Part shown: in pieces, positions 12,395 through 25,048 of the stretch
How positions within the stretch are numbered: the stretch's first letter is position 1
Layout: every line of letters starts with the position of its first letter
Assembly: GCA_964016885.1 (NCBI GenBank)
Contig: OZ024744.1
Location: 76,074,001 to 76,138,000 of the forward strand
Reading direction: 5' to 3'
From: Eledone cirrhosa
Taxonomy: Eukaryota
Length of the DNA stretch: 64,000 bases
Made by a program: the position numbers and the translations under genes
The notes under the pieces: generated by a model
Told to the model about the DNA's origin: nothing
Seen by the model: the letters and a program-made list of their open reading frames with translations, nothing else
Databases searched by the model: none

Positions 12395-14760
12395 AATTTC
12401 TTTACTTTAAAAAAAGGTGGCTCACGAAAGCTTTTTTTTAATAAACGTGATTTGATTGGTTATAAATGAAATTTGGCTGTCACGTGAACAAGTTTTCATT
12501 ACATTTTTGCGCCTTATTTGGAAAACTATTCTGTAGTCTTTATAGCGAATGTTATGACAATGGAAAGATAGTGGTCAAGAGAAAAGGGATTGTTCTGGTT
12601 CAGTGAATATGGTTAATTCGCTGGGGTGTCAGAGTTCAGATTTTCTATTGAAGTGAAGATATGTATGTTTATTTGTGTGCTTGTGTGTGTGTATGTGTGT
12701 GTGTGTGTATGTGTGTATTGGAAGATGATTCTATTAGTAGAAATGGGGGAGGGAGTTGTGTGTGTGTGTATATGGGTGTTATGTGTGTGTGTGCGAGTAT
12801 GTTAAGATGGAGAGAATATATATTTTGTGTGTGTGTATATATATGTGTGTAGGAAAGTGGTTCTATTAGTAGAAATGGGGAGGGAGTTGTGGGTGTGGGG
12901 GTTGTTATTTGTGTGTATGGGTGTTATGTGTGTGGGAGTATGGTTAGCATGTTAAGATGAAGAGAATATATATATATATTGTGTGTGTGTGTATGTGTGT
13001 GTGTAGGATAGTGATTCCTTTAGTAGGAATATTTTTGAATGAACATATTTTCCTTACTTATTCGTGTTTGCTGTTGTATTGTCAGTGCAAACGTATGTTA
13101 AGGTTTATTTAGTTCGGGTTTTTATTTTCTAAAGTAGAAGGTGTTATGTGTGTGTGTGTATGTCATATTATGGTGTTGACATAATGTATATTAAACCTTA
13201 TTTAATGTTGGTCTATATTTTTGAATTAACATATTTTCCTTATTTATTCGCATTTGTTCTGTTGTATTGTTAGCGCAAAGGTAAAATGGGAAGACTTGGA
13301 ATTTGGGTGTCTTATTACTTGCGCAAATGCCGAGATGTGCACTTAGTGGTATCTGTCTCGTGGTTGGATCTCGTAATTGTTGGCGATGAACTGTCATTCT
13401 GTTTCTGAGTGTGAGTTTAGTTTGTCCTATATAATCTTCATTGCATCCTTTACATTTAATGGCATAAAGTAGATTTTTTGATGAGCAAGTGAAGTGATTT
13501 TTTACAGTAAAATTTTGTCCTGATTTAAATGTATACGTGTTGCCTTCAATGAGGTGAGTGCAGGTTCCACAATTAGAGCGACCACATTTTTTGATACTTG
13601 GTTGTGGGTTTGTGGTAGGTAATTTGGCATTGGTGAGTAATGTTTTCAGTGATTTTGATTGTCTTTTGCTTTTGATTATTTTGTGTTTCAAGGGCTTTTT
13701 TCATTCTTGGGTTTTGTTTTAGTAGTGGGATGTTATTGTGAATAGTGTTGTAAGCTTCCGCATTTCTTGGGTTGTGTGTTGAGATATATGATAGAATATT
13801 GGACGTACCTTGAATTTGTTTCTGTTTCCGTAATTCATCAATGCCTATTGCTTTAGACCTATATATTCCATTATTTATTAGTAATAGTGGGTACTCTCTC
13901 TCGAGTAGAATTTCCTTTAATTCTTGAAGTCTTTTATTTCGCGTTTCATAATTGGAGACAATTGTGCAAATTCTTCTTGCTAGGTTAAAAGGAATGTTCG
14001 TCTTCGTGTGCTTTGGATGGCTAGAGGTGAATAGCAGATATTGTTTGGAATCTGTTGGTTTGTAGTGTATGTCAGTTTCGATATTTGTGTCTTTTTTTAA
14101 GATTAAGATGTCCAGAAATGGGAGTTGATCTTGGCTGTATTCCATTGTGAATTGGATGTGGTTATTGATGCCGTTTATTAAGTTTTTGAAATCCTTCAGT
14201 TGGTCGAGTGTGTGGGACCAAAGAATGAGGCAATCATCCAAGTAGCGTTTCCAATTCTCTGATAAATATTTGTGGAAGTTCAATCCGTATTTTGATTTGG
14301 ACTGTTCATATATCTGGACTTCTAAGTATGCCATGACTAAGTTGGCATAAGTTGGAGCGGCTTTTGTGGCCATCGCAGTCCCCGATATTTGCTTGTAAGT
14401 ATTGCCATCGAAATCAAAAAAGTTGTTCTGTAGGATGAATTTTAATCCCTCGGTGATGAAGCTTTTTTCTATTCTGTCAGGTATCTCATTGGGATATTTC
14501 TCTAGCCAGAATCCTATTGCTTCTACTCCGTATTGGTGTGGGATCGTTGTGTAGAGATTCACTACATCGAAAGACACAATAATAGTGTCGTTGTTGACAT
14601 GTTTGGGGAGGTGATTTAAGAGGTCCAGATCGTCTCTTACAAGGCTTGGTATGTGTTTCAGTATTGGTTTAAGTAGTATGTCTATAAAGTTGCTCAATCT
14701 GTGTGTTTCACATTGTGGGCCCGCTAAAATTGGTCTTAATTTAAGGTCTGTGGGGTATTG
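11695..14760 (-). mobile_element. Penelope-like element, 5'-truncated: RT, Zn-finger linker, GIY-YIG and long 3' UTR
   Basis: ORF 13573..14697 (SFDVVNLYT, GTAM, WKRYLDD, YKPTD) frameshifts into 13191..13691 (CGRSNCGTC, NLLY..YIGQT); 3' end is homologous to 47520-48015. Confidence 0.92.
13191..14697 (-). pseudogene. PLE reverse transcriptase/GIY-YIG polyprotein with one frameshift near 13690
   Basis: Two overlapping ORFs carrying consecutive domains. Confidence 0.88.
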
Positions 14761-14959
14761 TGTGTTCTGCTGAGGAGGACCTATGTACTGTCACATACAT
14801 CTGGGGACATCTTGATTATGGGGCGTATAACCATTGAGAGGAAGTAGGAGATCCTGTAGTTGCTAGCTATATTTGCTCCGCATACAGGTCTTGTTGGACC
14901 AAAGCTATACGGACCCCCCAAAACAATGATCAGGTAAGAAAAATGGTCGCACATGTAAT

Positions 14960-15790
14960 AGGGGATAGTATCAAAACTACCCTAAAGGGCCACATATTCA
15001 AATTCAACGAGACAGCTCGTAGCATAGGTGAAAGGATAGACCAATACTTGGGGGGGGGGGGGGGAACTAAAAGGATAAAAAACGGTTCAGTACTATACGA
15101 ACATGCCAGACAACAATACGACGGTAACATAGACAACATAGAAATTAGAATAATATCTAAACATAGAAATGACCCAGCAGATAGGCAAATCTGAGAGGCC
15201 AGCGAAATAGAACTTAGAAGGCCAAGGCTAAACAAAAAATGAATGGAGTAACAACAACACCCAAACAAACAATACTGACCTAAGAGAAGTATAAATAAAT
15301 AAATAAATAAATACACAAGCACAATAACAACAAAACATATAAACACACACTAGTAAACTAAGATAGAATACAATAACTAATACACAGTCACCCAAACACG
15401 AACACACATCAAACACTATACACACACACAAAAAAAAAGAAAGAAAGAAACAGACTAAATAAAGATGGCGTAGGCATACAATAGAACGGGAGGAAACATA
15501 ATAGCACCACTGACGATGTTGCAGATGTGCAACGAAAGAACTTTGTTAGACTATATATATGTGTTTGTGTCTATATTATATCTGTATCTTTTACCGTTGG
15601 TCAGTCAATGGTAACATTGAGGACCGAATAAATTAAATTAACCGATATAAAAGACACAGAAGCGAAAACCAACCAAACAGTGAGTGTGTTCTGTTATTAA
15701 TTCTGGCAATATTATTACACAAATATGCCCCTCCCCAAGTATAACAATATTTGTTTCGACACACGATTTCATATCAAAATCCTCACAAAA
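14960..15790 (+). mobile_element. PLE 3' fragment: GIY-YIG remnant plus pLTR with hammerhead (15505-15546)
   Basis: ETARSIGERI..SVLYEH..RQI*EA..LN; CTGACGA|T|GTTGCA-GATG-TGCAAC|GAAA. Confidence 0.7.
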
Positions 15791-15899
15791 CTAATATATA
15801 TATACACATATATATTAATTTTTTGGGGGCCGTTTTGGAAGCCTCAACAATGCAGATGGGTAAATCTCCGGGTAACAGAATCCGGTGGTGAAGAGAGAG

Positions 15900-16672
15900 A
15901 TGTAAGAGGAAATGTAGAATGAGATGTATAGTGTGTAGCGGAACGTACGAAAGAGCGTAACAAATAAAAATAACAACACGAGATAGAGTTACCTCGGGAG
16001 AGATTTAATTGTCCCTATATTTTGGATTCGCATCCATCAACTGAGGGGGTGGGGGGTTCCGGGGGCGAAAGTTATCTGTCGGAGAGGAACGATACGTGGC
16101 TTCTGTTGTCCGCGGTTTGTGTGTAACTGAGATATTCTGTAGAGCGCACGTGCACGCGGAATAGGTGCGGTCAAGCAAAGGTCGAAGCAGCTCCTTTTTA
16201 TTGTGGGAGTTGGATGGCGCTAGCTGTCAATTCATTTTACTACCTAGATGTACTAGTCTTTGGTACTAGCAGTGTAGTAGTCTGTCTGGTCGCTTGTTGG
16301 TCGGTTGATGGTGGGGGCGCTAAACGCACAATAGCAATCGTTCGAATGTCACTGTGTGTGTGCGTGTGTTGTTGTCTCGTTTGTTTACACCAGCCACCTC
16401 GTCTCGTTTCTCTCGGATCGGTTATTTATTCGTGGTCCTAGGCGTTTGATCCAAAGTGCTTCCTTGATTCGTAACGTGCCGACGTTGCGTTCTGTCGCTA
16501 GTACTGTGACAATGGACCTTCCGTCTTTGTTTCTGCATTTGGTTGTGTTTCCGGAAAGACGAGGCCCTGGTGTTGATGTGCTCCTTGATCGAGATATGTA
16601 GCGGCCGGATTGTGCTACCGATGTAGTAGAGGTTTCCTTAGGTAGCGAGATTTGAGTTCTCGGGAATTTCAC
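15900..16672 (-). mobile_element. Degraded PLE GIY-YIG 3' fragment
   Basis: LRIKEALWIKRLGPRINNR, a typical GIY-YIG C-terminal E..I..P.LN motif. Confidence 0.6.
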
Positions 16673-17125
16673 CTCTTACATTATAACCTATCGTATTATC
16701 TTCACTTCTAATATAACTTCTAATTTATTAATTTATTAATTTATTAATTTATTAATTTAACTAATACATGTATGAATATATTTAGTATTTTCATGTTTAT
16801 ACCATCATATCTTTATATTTTAACCACAAACACCACAACTATTTTCAACAATCATATTATGTTCATTTTCTTCGCACACATATAACATTTTTTTATTTAT
16901 TTTTTATCATCTTCGCTATAACTTATTTATTATTATTCATTTATTATCAATAATTTTTTCTCTCTATTTTTCTGTTTCTTTATTTTTTTCTTTATTATTT
17001 TGTTCTTCTTTCTTTCTTTCTCTTTTTTTCTCCCTATCTTTTTCTTTTTTCTTCTTTTTCTTTTTCTTTTTCTTTCTTTATTACTGATGTAATTTGAATT
17101 TGTAAACGCTATGTATAATTTTATT

Positions 17126-17288
17126 CAGTTATCTGATGATTTTGTTAAGCATACATCGTATTAAAAATTGATTGACACAACTTCAAGTGATTAACAATTT
17201 TAAGACAACTTAATCAATGAAACAATTGTTAATACTGTAAATAAAACCCTTCTTGTACCGTTGACCATGTTATTCTTCACTCTTTCAC

Positions 17289-17290
<2 letters not shown>
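17126..17290 (+). ncRNA. Long-stem-II hammerhead-like motif, diverged homolog of 3780-3945
   Basis: CTGATGA..caacttcaag..AATCAAT|GAAA|CAATTG|TT; downstream aaataaaaccct..ttcactcttcacta is shared. Confidence 0.6.
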
Positions 17291-17322
<32 letters not shown>

Positions 17323-17329
<7 letters not shown>

Positions 17330-17915
17330 ATACTTGGGGAGAGTCATATTTGCGTAATATTGCCAGAATTAATAACAGAACACACTCACTGTTTGGTTGG
17401 TTTTCGCTTCTCGCTGTCTTTTATTATATCTGCGATCTAACTTACTCGGTCCTCAATGTTGCCATTGACTGACCGGCGGTCAAAAATAATACAGATACAA
17501 TATAGACACAAATACATATATATATATATAGTTTACATAATTTACATAAATCTTTCGTTGCACATCTGCAACATCGTCAGTGGTGTTATATTCATTGTTC
17601 CTCCTGTTGTGTTGTATGCCTACGCCATTTTTTATTCAGTCTGTCTATATATTTATTTATTTATTTATTTATTTGCTTGTTTGTTTATCTTATTTTATTT
17701 TGTCTTCTTTGCGCATGCGTTTGCGTGTGTGTATAGTGTTATGTGTGATGTGTGACTAGTGTGTATAGTGTTGTGTCTGCTGGGTGACTAGTGTGTGTTT
17801 ATGTGCTTGTTGTTATTGTGCTTGTGTATGTATTTATTTATCTTATTTTATTTTATTTTATTTACTTATTTATACTTCTCTTAGGTCAGTGTTGTTTGTT
17901 TGGGTGTTGTTGTTG
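17323..17915 (-). mobile_element. Second, inverted copy of the PLE 3' UTR/pLTR at 15248-15750
   Basis: Reverse complement matches, including the HHR at 17550-17585. Confidence 0.75.
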
Positions 17916-17934
17916 TAAAACTAATTCATCGCCG

Positions 17935-18018
<84 letters not shown>

Positions 18019-18191
18019 TGCAGTGCTGAGACAGGGAAGACCACTAATCATGGAAGTACTCAATGCATGGGGAGATGTAGAGTGGGTATAGAGATAGGTA
18101 AATCCCGACTGCGGTGCTAAGCGGTTTCGGCTTGTGTGTTCAGCAAGCTTTTACGAGGGTGTAGACTACATACATATATATATATATATAT

Positions 18192-18262
<71 letters not shown>

Positions 18263-18755
18263 GTGTGTGTGTGTGCGTGTGTGCGTGTGTGTGTGTGTGT
18301 GTGCGTGTGTGAGTGTGTGTGTGTCTACATACTATTCGATGACCATTAACACAGAATTAATCTGCTTAGTTTGCATAAACACATGTATATGTATATGTTT
18401 GCGTGTGTATGTATTTGTAGGTGTGCGTGTGAGTGTGTGTGTGTGTGTGTTGGTGTCAAAGACACTCTCCCTTTCACTCTCTCTCTCACTATATGTATAT
18501 TTATATATATATACATATATATATATACATATATACATATATGTATACATATATACATATATGTATACATGTGCAAAAGTGTTTGAATGAAATGTTTCGA
18601 GAAGGCAAAAGAGAATGAGTTTTTGGAAAGAAAGAGTTGCGTGAACTTAAACATGAAGAAAAACAATTTTTGACCAAAATAGATCAGATATATATGTTCC
18701 TAAGTCACGCTTGCCTGATATACGTTGATAAGTATCTCCTATAGGGCGGTACAAG

Positions 18756-18866
<111 letters not shown>

Positions 18867-18985
18867 TTCAGTAAAGAAATTTCGAGAAAACCACAGCTCG
18901 AAAAAAAAAAGTACTTTATACATAACAATATAGTGTATACTTATTCACACCTTTCAGAAAGAACCGTTGAACATATCGTGGAGGT

Positions 18986-19048
<63 letters not shown>

Positions 19049-19082
19049 TTTTCAGACGTTCAACCATCTGGCAGGATGGTAT

Positions 19083-19125
19083 ACGATGCTGACGATAGCT
19101 AGTAAGCTTGAAACTAGTACATCGT
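19083..19125 (+). ncRNA. Minimal type-I hammerhead ribozyme
   Basis: ACGATG|CTGACGA|TAGCT-AGTA-AGCTT|GAAA|CTAG|TA|CATCGT: 6-bp stem I, palindromic stem III. Confidence 0.75.
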
Positions 19126-19404
19126 TCCTGTGTCAGTGTTGAACAAAAAGGTGACGTGGTTGCCTAAACACTGTACGGCGTAATTCGGGCTGTTTGTTTG
19201 TTTACAAACAAACAAACCGAGCATTATAATAAATGTTCGGTAAACCGATACGTGCATATATATATATGTGTGCATGTATGTATATATATATACATACTAC
19301 TGTACGTCTGTATACATATATGTATGTACGTATACATACATACTTACATTCAAGTAAGTGCCGTACTAAGAGTGAGAAATTTCATTTCATTTCATTGTAT
19401 TCCA

Positions 19405-19450
<46 letters not shown>

Positions 19451-19453
<3 letters not shown>

Positions 19454-19525
19454 AGGGCGGTACCTCAGCATGACCTCAGCCGGATTGCTGGAACAGGTAA
19501 AAGAGTAAAAGAGTAAAAGAGTAAA
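19451..19525 (+). mobile_element. SINE/LINE 3' tail with (AAAAGAGT)n end
   Basis: caagggcggtacctcagcatg..aacaggtaaaagagtaaaagag. Confidence 0.5.
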
Positions 19526-19693
19526 TAGGAAAAGAGTGGAGACCCCGGCGGCTGAGCTCCGGCCGTTTCGACAGCTAGATCCGAACTAACCGAGCAGTAT
19601 TAGGACGGCGGGAATCTATTACCCACTCTACTACCCTAAGTATCGAGTACTCTGGTACGTTATGGTCCGCCTGGTATCTTACCACACTTTCCC

Positions 19694-19768
<75 letters not shown>

Positions 19769-19842
19769 GTTATTCCGGGTTGAATCGGAGGTAACCACAG
19801 TAAGTAAGGTACTCAATACATAGCAGAGTATAAAAGTTTTAA

Positions 19843-19947
19843 TATAGATGAGATTCTACAGGACTAGAACTGTTTCATTCATTAGAAATCATCAGGAATC
19901 CTGATGATTTCTAATGAATGAAACAGTTCTAGTCCTATAGAATCTCA

Positions 19948-19955
<8 letters not shown>
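19843..19955. repeat. Near-perfect palindrome carrying back-to-back hammerhead cores
   Basis: ..gtttcattcattagaaatcatcagga|a|tcctgatgatttctaatgaatgaaac.. Confidence 0.85.
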
Positions 19956-20019
<64 letters not shown>

Positions 20020-20023
<4 letters not shown>

Positions 20024-20315
20024 GTTTCATTTTGATTGCATTATATACGTTGAGTGCAGGAGAGAAGACTGCGTTGGTACTGACATGTGGTACTGACATG
20101 CATGATGATCAGTGGGTGAAGAAATGCCAGTACTAGGAAACTGCAGTAGTAGTAGACCAAGAAAGATTTGGTTAGAGATTGTGAGAGCTGATCTCAAATC
20201 ACTGAGACGCACAGAGGAAATGACGAAGGAACGAGATGAGTGAAGAGATGCAGTGCTGACAAGGCCCCAGCCCATGCGAGCGTGGAAAAACGGACGTAAA
20301 AAGGATGATGATGAT
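20020..20315 (+). mobile_element. RTE LINE 3' fragment ending in (GAT)n
   Basis: Encodes a remnant of ERRL.W...RPRKIW..DL..L; tail ggaaaaacggacgtaaaaaggatgatgat. Confidence 0.7.
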
Positions 20316-23300
20316 ATCATCATCATCTTCATCACCATCATCACCGTTTTACGTCCGTTCTTCCAAGCTAGCATGGGTTAGACGGGTTGTCCTGTTGTGG
20401 GCAGTGTCAAGTCGGCTGACCATGCCTTGCTCATACAGGAACTGATTTTGGCTTGATTTCTACAGCTGGATGCCCTTCCTAACACCAACCTCATTTACAG
20501 TGAGTGCTGGGTGCTTTTTCCGTGGCGCCTACACGTCCACTTTACAGTGTGGGCTGGGTGCTTTTTTGCCGTGGCACCTCCACGACCACCTTGTAGTGGG
20601 AGGGTGTGGGGCATATTGTCTATATGCTTCAGCTTGTACCCATGGGAGGTCGGGTACTCTGTATTACTGCGTGACGCCAGAGGTCCCGCTCGTGTGTCAT
20701 CGTCTTTGAGAGGTGTAATTGGGTAAGGTCGGCTTTTATCACCTCATCCCAGGTCTTCTTGGGTCTCCCCACTCCGCGGTTTCCATTGACTTCTAGTGCT
20801 CTGCACCTTTTTATGCAGCTGTCATCTTTCATACGCATCACATGTCCATACCAACGCAACCGCCTCTCCTGCACACAGCATTTGATTCCTCTTATGCTCA
20901 GTCTCTCTCTCAATTCATTTATGCTTTGTCGTTCACGTATATTACTGTTACACATCCATCGGAGCATGCAGGCTTCGTTTCTTTCTACGTAAGTCTTCCA
21001 CCTTCAGCGCCCAGGTCTCACTACCATGTAATATTGCTGTTCGGATACACGCATCATACAGTCTGCCTTTCATTTTGAGGGCGAAGTCTTTTGCAGCTAG
21101 CAGTGGCTGTAGTGCCATGAACTTCTTCCATCCCGTTCTAACTGAATACCCACCTCCGCTGCTAATTCGGTCACCTAGGTAGCAGAAGCTGTCTACTGTT
21201 TCTACAGAGCCCTCCCAAAGATTGGTGGTACTTCTTTCCTGTGGCTGTTTGCTGCTTGCTGTCCCAGCACAGCTGCTGCATGTGAAGCCTACATTCTTAA
21301 TTAAGCTTCCTGAGATCTCGCTACATCTCTTGTGTACCCATTGTTTGCATTTGGGGTAGAGGATGGAGTTCCTACCTACACCTTTCCTACATACTGAGCA
21401 AGGCCATTTCCCAGAGGGGATCTGGGTTCTATTTTCTCGTCTACTTACAAGGACCCTAGTCTTTGTCATGTTGACTTTGAGACCCTTTCTTTCTAGTCCC
21501 TGCTTCCAAGTTTGGAATTTCTTCTCTAGTTCTACCATAGATTCAGCTATAGGTGCGATGTCATCAGCATACAGGAGTTCCCATGGGCATCCGGTCTTAA
21601 ACTCCTCCGTTATTGCCTGAAGGACTATGATGAACAGGAGAGGGCTAGGAACAGAGCCCTTGTGGACACCAACCTGTACGCTAAATTCCTCGCTATACTC
21701 ATTGCTAATCCTAACTTTGCTGACTGCTCCACTATACATGGCTTGAACAGCTTTCACAAGCCATTCATCTACTCCTAGTTTTCTAAGAGCCCACCAGATT
21801 ACAGCACGTGGAACTCTGTCAAAGGCTTTCTCGAGATCGACGAATGTCAGGTAGAGTGGCTTACTTTTAGCTAGGTACTTTTCCTGTAACCGCCTCACAA
21901 GGAAGAGGGCATCAGTGGTGCCTCTTCCTGGTACAAACCCAAATTGCATCTTATCTATTTTCACCCGGTCCCTAATCAACTGTGCTATAACTCTTTCTGC
22001 TACTTTCATGACCTGGTCCATCAGCTTTATACCTCTATAGTTTCCTCTATCTAGTGCATCACCTTTACCCTTGTAGCAGTTGACAATGATGCTACTGCAC
22101 CAATCTTTTGGTATAACACCTAGTATTACCTGGTTAACAATACGTGTGGTTATAGTGTGACCTACAGACCCAGATGCCTTCAGCATCTCGGCAGCTATAC
22201 CCGATGGACCTGTTGCCTTCCCCATCTTCATATCTTTGATTGCCTTACTTACTACGCTGCTGTTGACTTGTACTGATGGCCCCTCTATAGGGTCTACTTG
22301 GGGTAGGGTCTCTTCTTCCCATGCATTCTCCTCATTTAGTAATCTATCATAATGGCTCTTCCATGCATCTCTCTTCTCAGTACTTGTGAGGGCAAGCTCA
22401 CCTTTATCATTCCAGATACAATTCTCTCCAATGACATCACAATTCTCTCTGACACACTGCCTCGCAATCTTGAACACCTCCTGTTTCTGGTCCCCACGTT
22501 GCAAAACATGCTTGAATTTTCTATCCTCTGCTTCCCTCCTAGCTAAGTATACTTGTCGCCTAGCTTCCATCTTGGTCTCTAATAATGTACCCTGTTCCCC
22601 CCGTTCTTCCATTCTTTCCATACCTGTCTCTTGGCCTTAACTGCTTCATCTACCTTATTGTTCCACCACCAATTCACTCTCCTCCTGCTTGTGGTCTTAC
22701 TCCAGCCACGGACCTCATCCGTCGCCTCTAGTAAGTTATTTTTTAGGAACTCCCAGTACTCTTCTACATTGAATGTCTCTATCTGTTCTTCTTTAGTGTC
22801 GAAGGCGTTGAGTAAAATATCTTTAAATCTGTTACAGGCTGAGGGGTCTTTCAGCTTCCAGATCTTTCTTCTCTAGGTTGGCCTCTGTTTCCAGGTTCGT
22901 CTAGTTCTGACCGTGAGGTCGCTGACAACTAAGCTATGTTGGGAGGTACATTCCTCACTATGGTAGGCTTTTGTGTTTACGACCGTCCATCTGTCACGTC
23001 CTCTGATGAGGATAAAATCTATCTGACTAGAATGCTCCCCTGATCAGGTGGTTGTCGGGTTTTTTGAAGTTTGTGTTACATATCGACATGTCATTGGCGT
23101 CGCAGAATTCTAGAAGTCTGAATCCTTCCTCATTTCTTGTGCCAACCCCGTGGCCTCCACGGACTCTATTGAAGCCGTCACAGCAGTGTTTACCTACGTG
23201 TCCGTTAAAATCTCCTGCGATGATTAGGATGTTTGTTAGAGCAGTAGTGTGCATTATGGACTCGTAAAATATATCCTTAAGTTCGTCTGGCAACCCCGAT

Positions 23301-23390
23301 TGGGGTGCGTAAGGTAATATTATTGTGGTAATTGTTTTATTCAGGACTAGTCTGAGTTTAATGATTCTTGCATTTACCCTGTGCACTGAT
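20316..23390 (-). mobile_element. RTE-clade LINE (APE + RT), decayed and 5'-truncated
   Basis: AGDFNGHVG (APE); QFGF, FVDLEKAFDRV, LLYADD (RT); RRLRWYGHVMR..GRPKKTW; (GAT)n tail. Confidence 0.93.
20948..22621 (-). pseudogene. RTE reverse transcriptase segment with a PHD-like Cys/His insert
   Basis: 557-aa ORF with RT motifs and CSVC..(C)PKCKQWVHKRC..CSSC. Confidence 0.85.
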
Positions 23391-23402
23391 ATATATATAT
23401 AA

Positions 23403-23469
<67 letters not shown>

Positions 23470-23474
<5 letters not shown>

Positions 23475-24800
23475 ATTAAAATACTGGAGCGTGTTGGAGT
23501 TAAACACCCTCTTCGTATTATAGAAATGACAGTAAAAGGTATAGCTCAATGTAATTAAACAGAGCTGAAGAATTATGAAAGTAAAACAAAGAAGCCTTCA
23601 ATACATCAAAAGTCTTTATTAGCCAACAATGTTTCGTCCTATTAAGGACTCATCAGGGCAATTAAAACAACAAGAAGTATTATCGGCCAATACAAGCCGA
23701 AAGCTCCGAAGAATATGGAGTGTACATACACTAAAGTATAGCAAGATTATGGGTAAAAACATATAATAAAAATCACTAAGGAGGTGTATAACATTTAGAA
23801 CCATATTACAAATATAGTCCAAAGCAAAAAAAACCTAGAGCTAAACAAAGGTGGTTATATAGAGCGGGAATTATATATAATACTATATAATATAATATTA
23901 TATACTTGTAACAATATTAAAATTACAATAAAAATTAAAAGGTACAATATACATATGTATATATGTACGCACACGTACGCACATATACACATACATCAAT
24001 ACACATATCCATCTTTAACAGCACAAATTAAACCCTATTAAGAGTTTAAATATAAATAAGCATGATAGGAATAAAAATAAAAATAATAATAATAATACGT
24101 ATATCTAATATACATGAGGTAATAATATGATATGATTATAAGTAGCACATATAATATATAATAAACTATACAATTATATACTATATAATATAATATAATA
24201 GATAATCTCCGGTTAATTTACACAAACAATATAGATGTCACAATAATACTATAATAATAATATAATAACATATATAATATATAATATATAATGGCATGCA
24301 AGTTAACATATCAATTCATATAGAGTTACAGAGTCGGTGAGAAAAAAATATAAATTGTACAATACCCAAAATTATGATGATACAAAAATATAAACATCTT
24401 ACATGATATATAAAATTTAACATATCATAATGGTACATATAATCAACGGTAAGTAATAAGGATCGATAGTACAATAACAAATACAATATAAAGTAATTAA
24501 CATAATATAATATATAATTACTTATAATTACAAGGTTGGTAAACAGACATATGGCATATATGTGGATGAGTGAGTAAGGGCCAGACAGTAAATAGAATGC
24601 ACAGTAGTATTAATAAATAAATAAATAAATAGAATCAACCGGAAATTAAAAAATAAAAATTTAAAAAGTTTTCGGCTTGTATTGGCCGATAATACTTCTT
24701 GTTGTTTTAATTGCCCTGATGAGTCCTTAATAGGACGAAACATTGTTGGCTAATAAAGACTTTTGATGTATTGAAGGCTTCTTTGTTTTACTTTCATAAT
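23470..24800. mobile_element. Non-coding element with 131-bp inverted arms, each containing a canonical hammerhead
   Basis: 23572-23702 is the inverse of 24670-24800; GCC|CTGATGA|GTCC-TTAATA-GGAC|GAAA|CATTG|TT|GGC; flanked by (TA)n. Confidence 0.85.
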
Positions 24801-24929
24801 ATATATATATATAAATGTAGTAATTCCGTCGGAAAACTCCAGGAAAAAAGAGTGCTCTATGTAGGTAACTTCATATAGATTGCATTTTTGTTTTTTAAAA
24901 TCTAATTCAATAAATAGACCAGTTTTTTT

Positions 24930-24984
24930 CATTCTGATGATTGAAAGCAAATTTTTTTGCTTTTAAGAAACAACTGGTAAATGG
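24930..24984 (+). ncRNA. Hammerhead-like motif in a ~200-bp TA-flanked unit
   Basis: CATT|CTGATGA|TTGAAAGCAA-ATTTT-TTGCTTTTAA|GAAA|CAACTG|GTA|AATG. Confidence 0.65.
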
Positions 24985-25011
24985 AATAATTGCCTAATGT
25001 TGTTTATTACA

Positions 25012-25048
<37 letters not shown>

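Noticed and set aside
16020-16046. HHR-like motifs at ~16030(-) and ~18125-18160(-)
   Set aside because: Cores too degenerate to support
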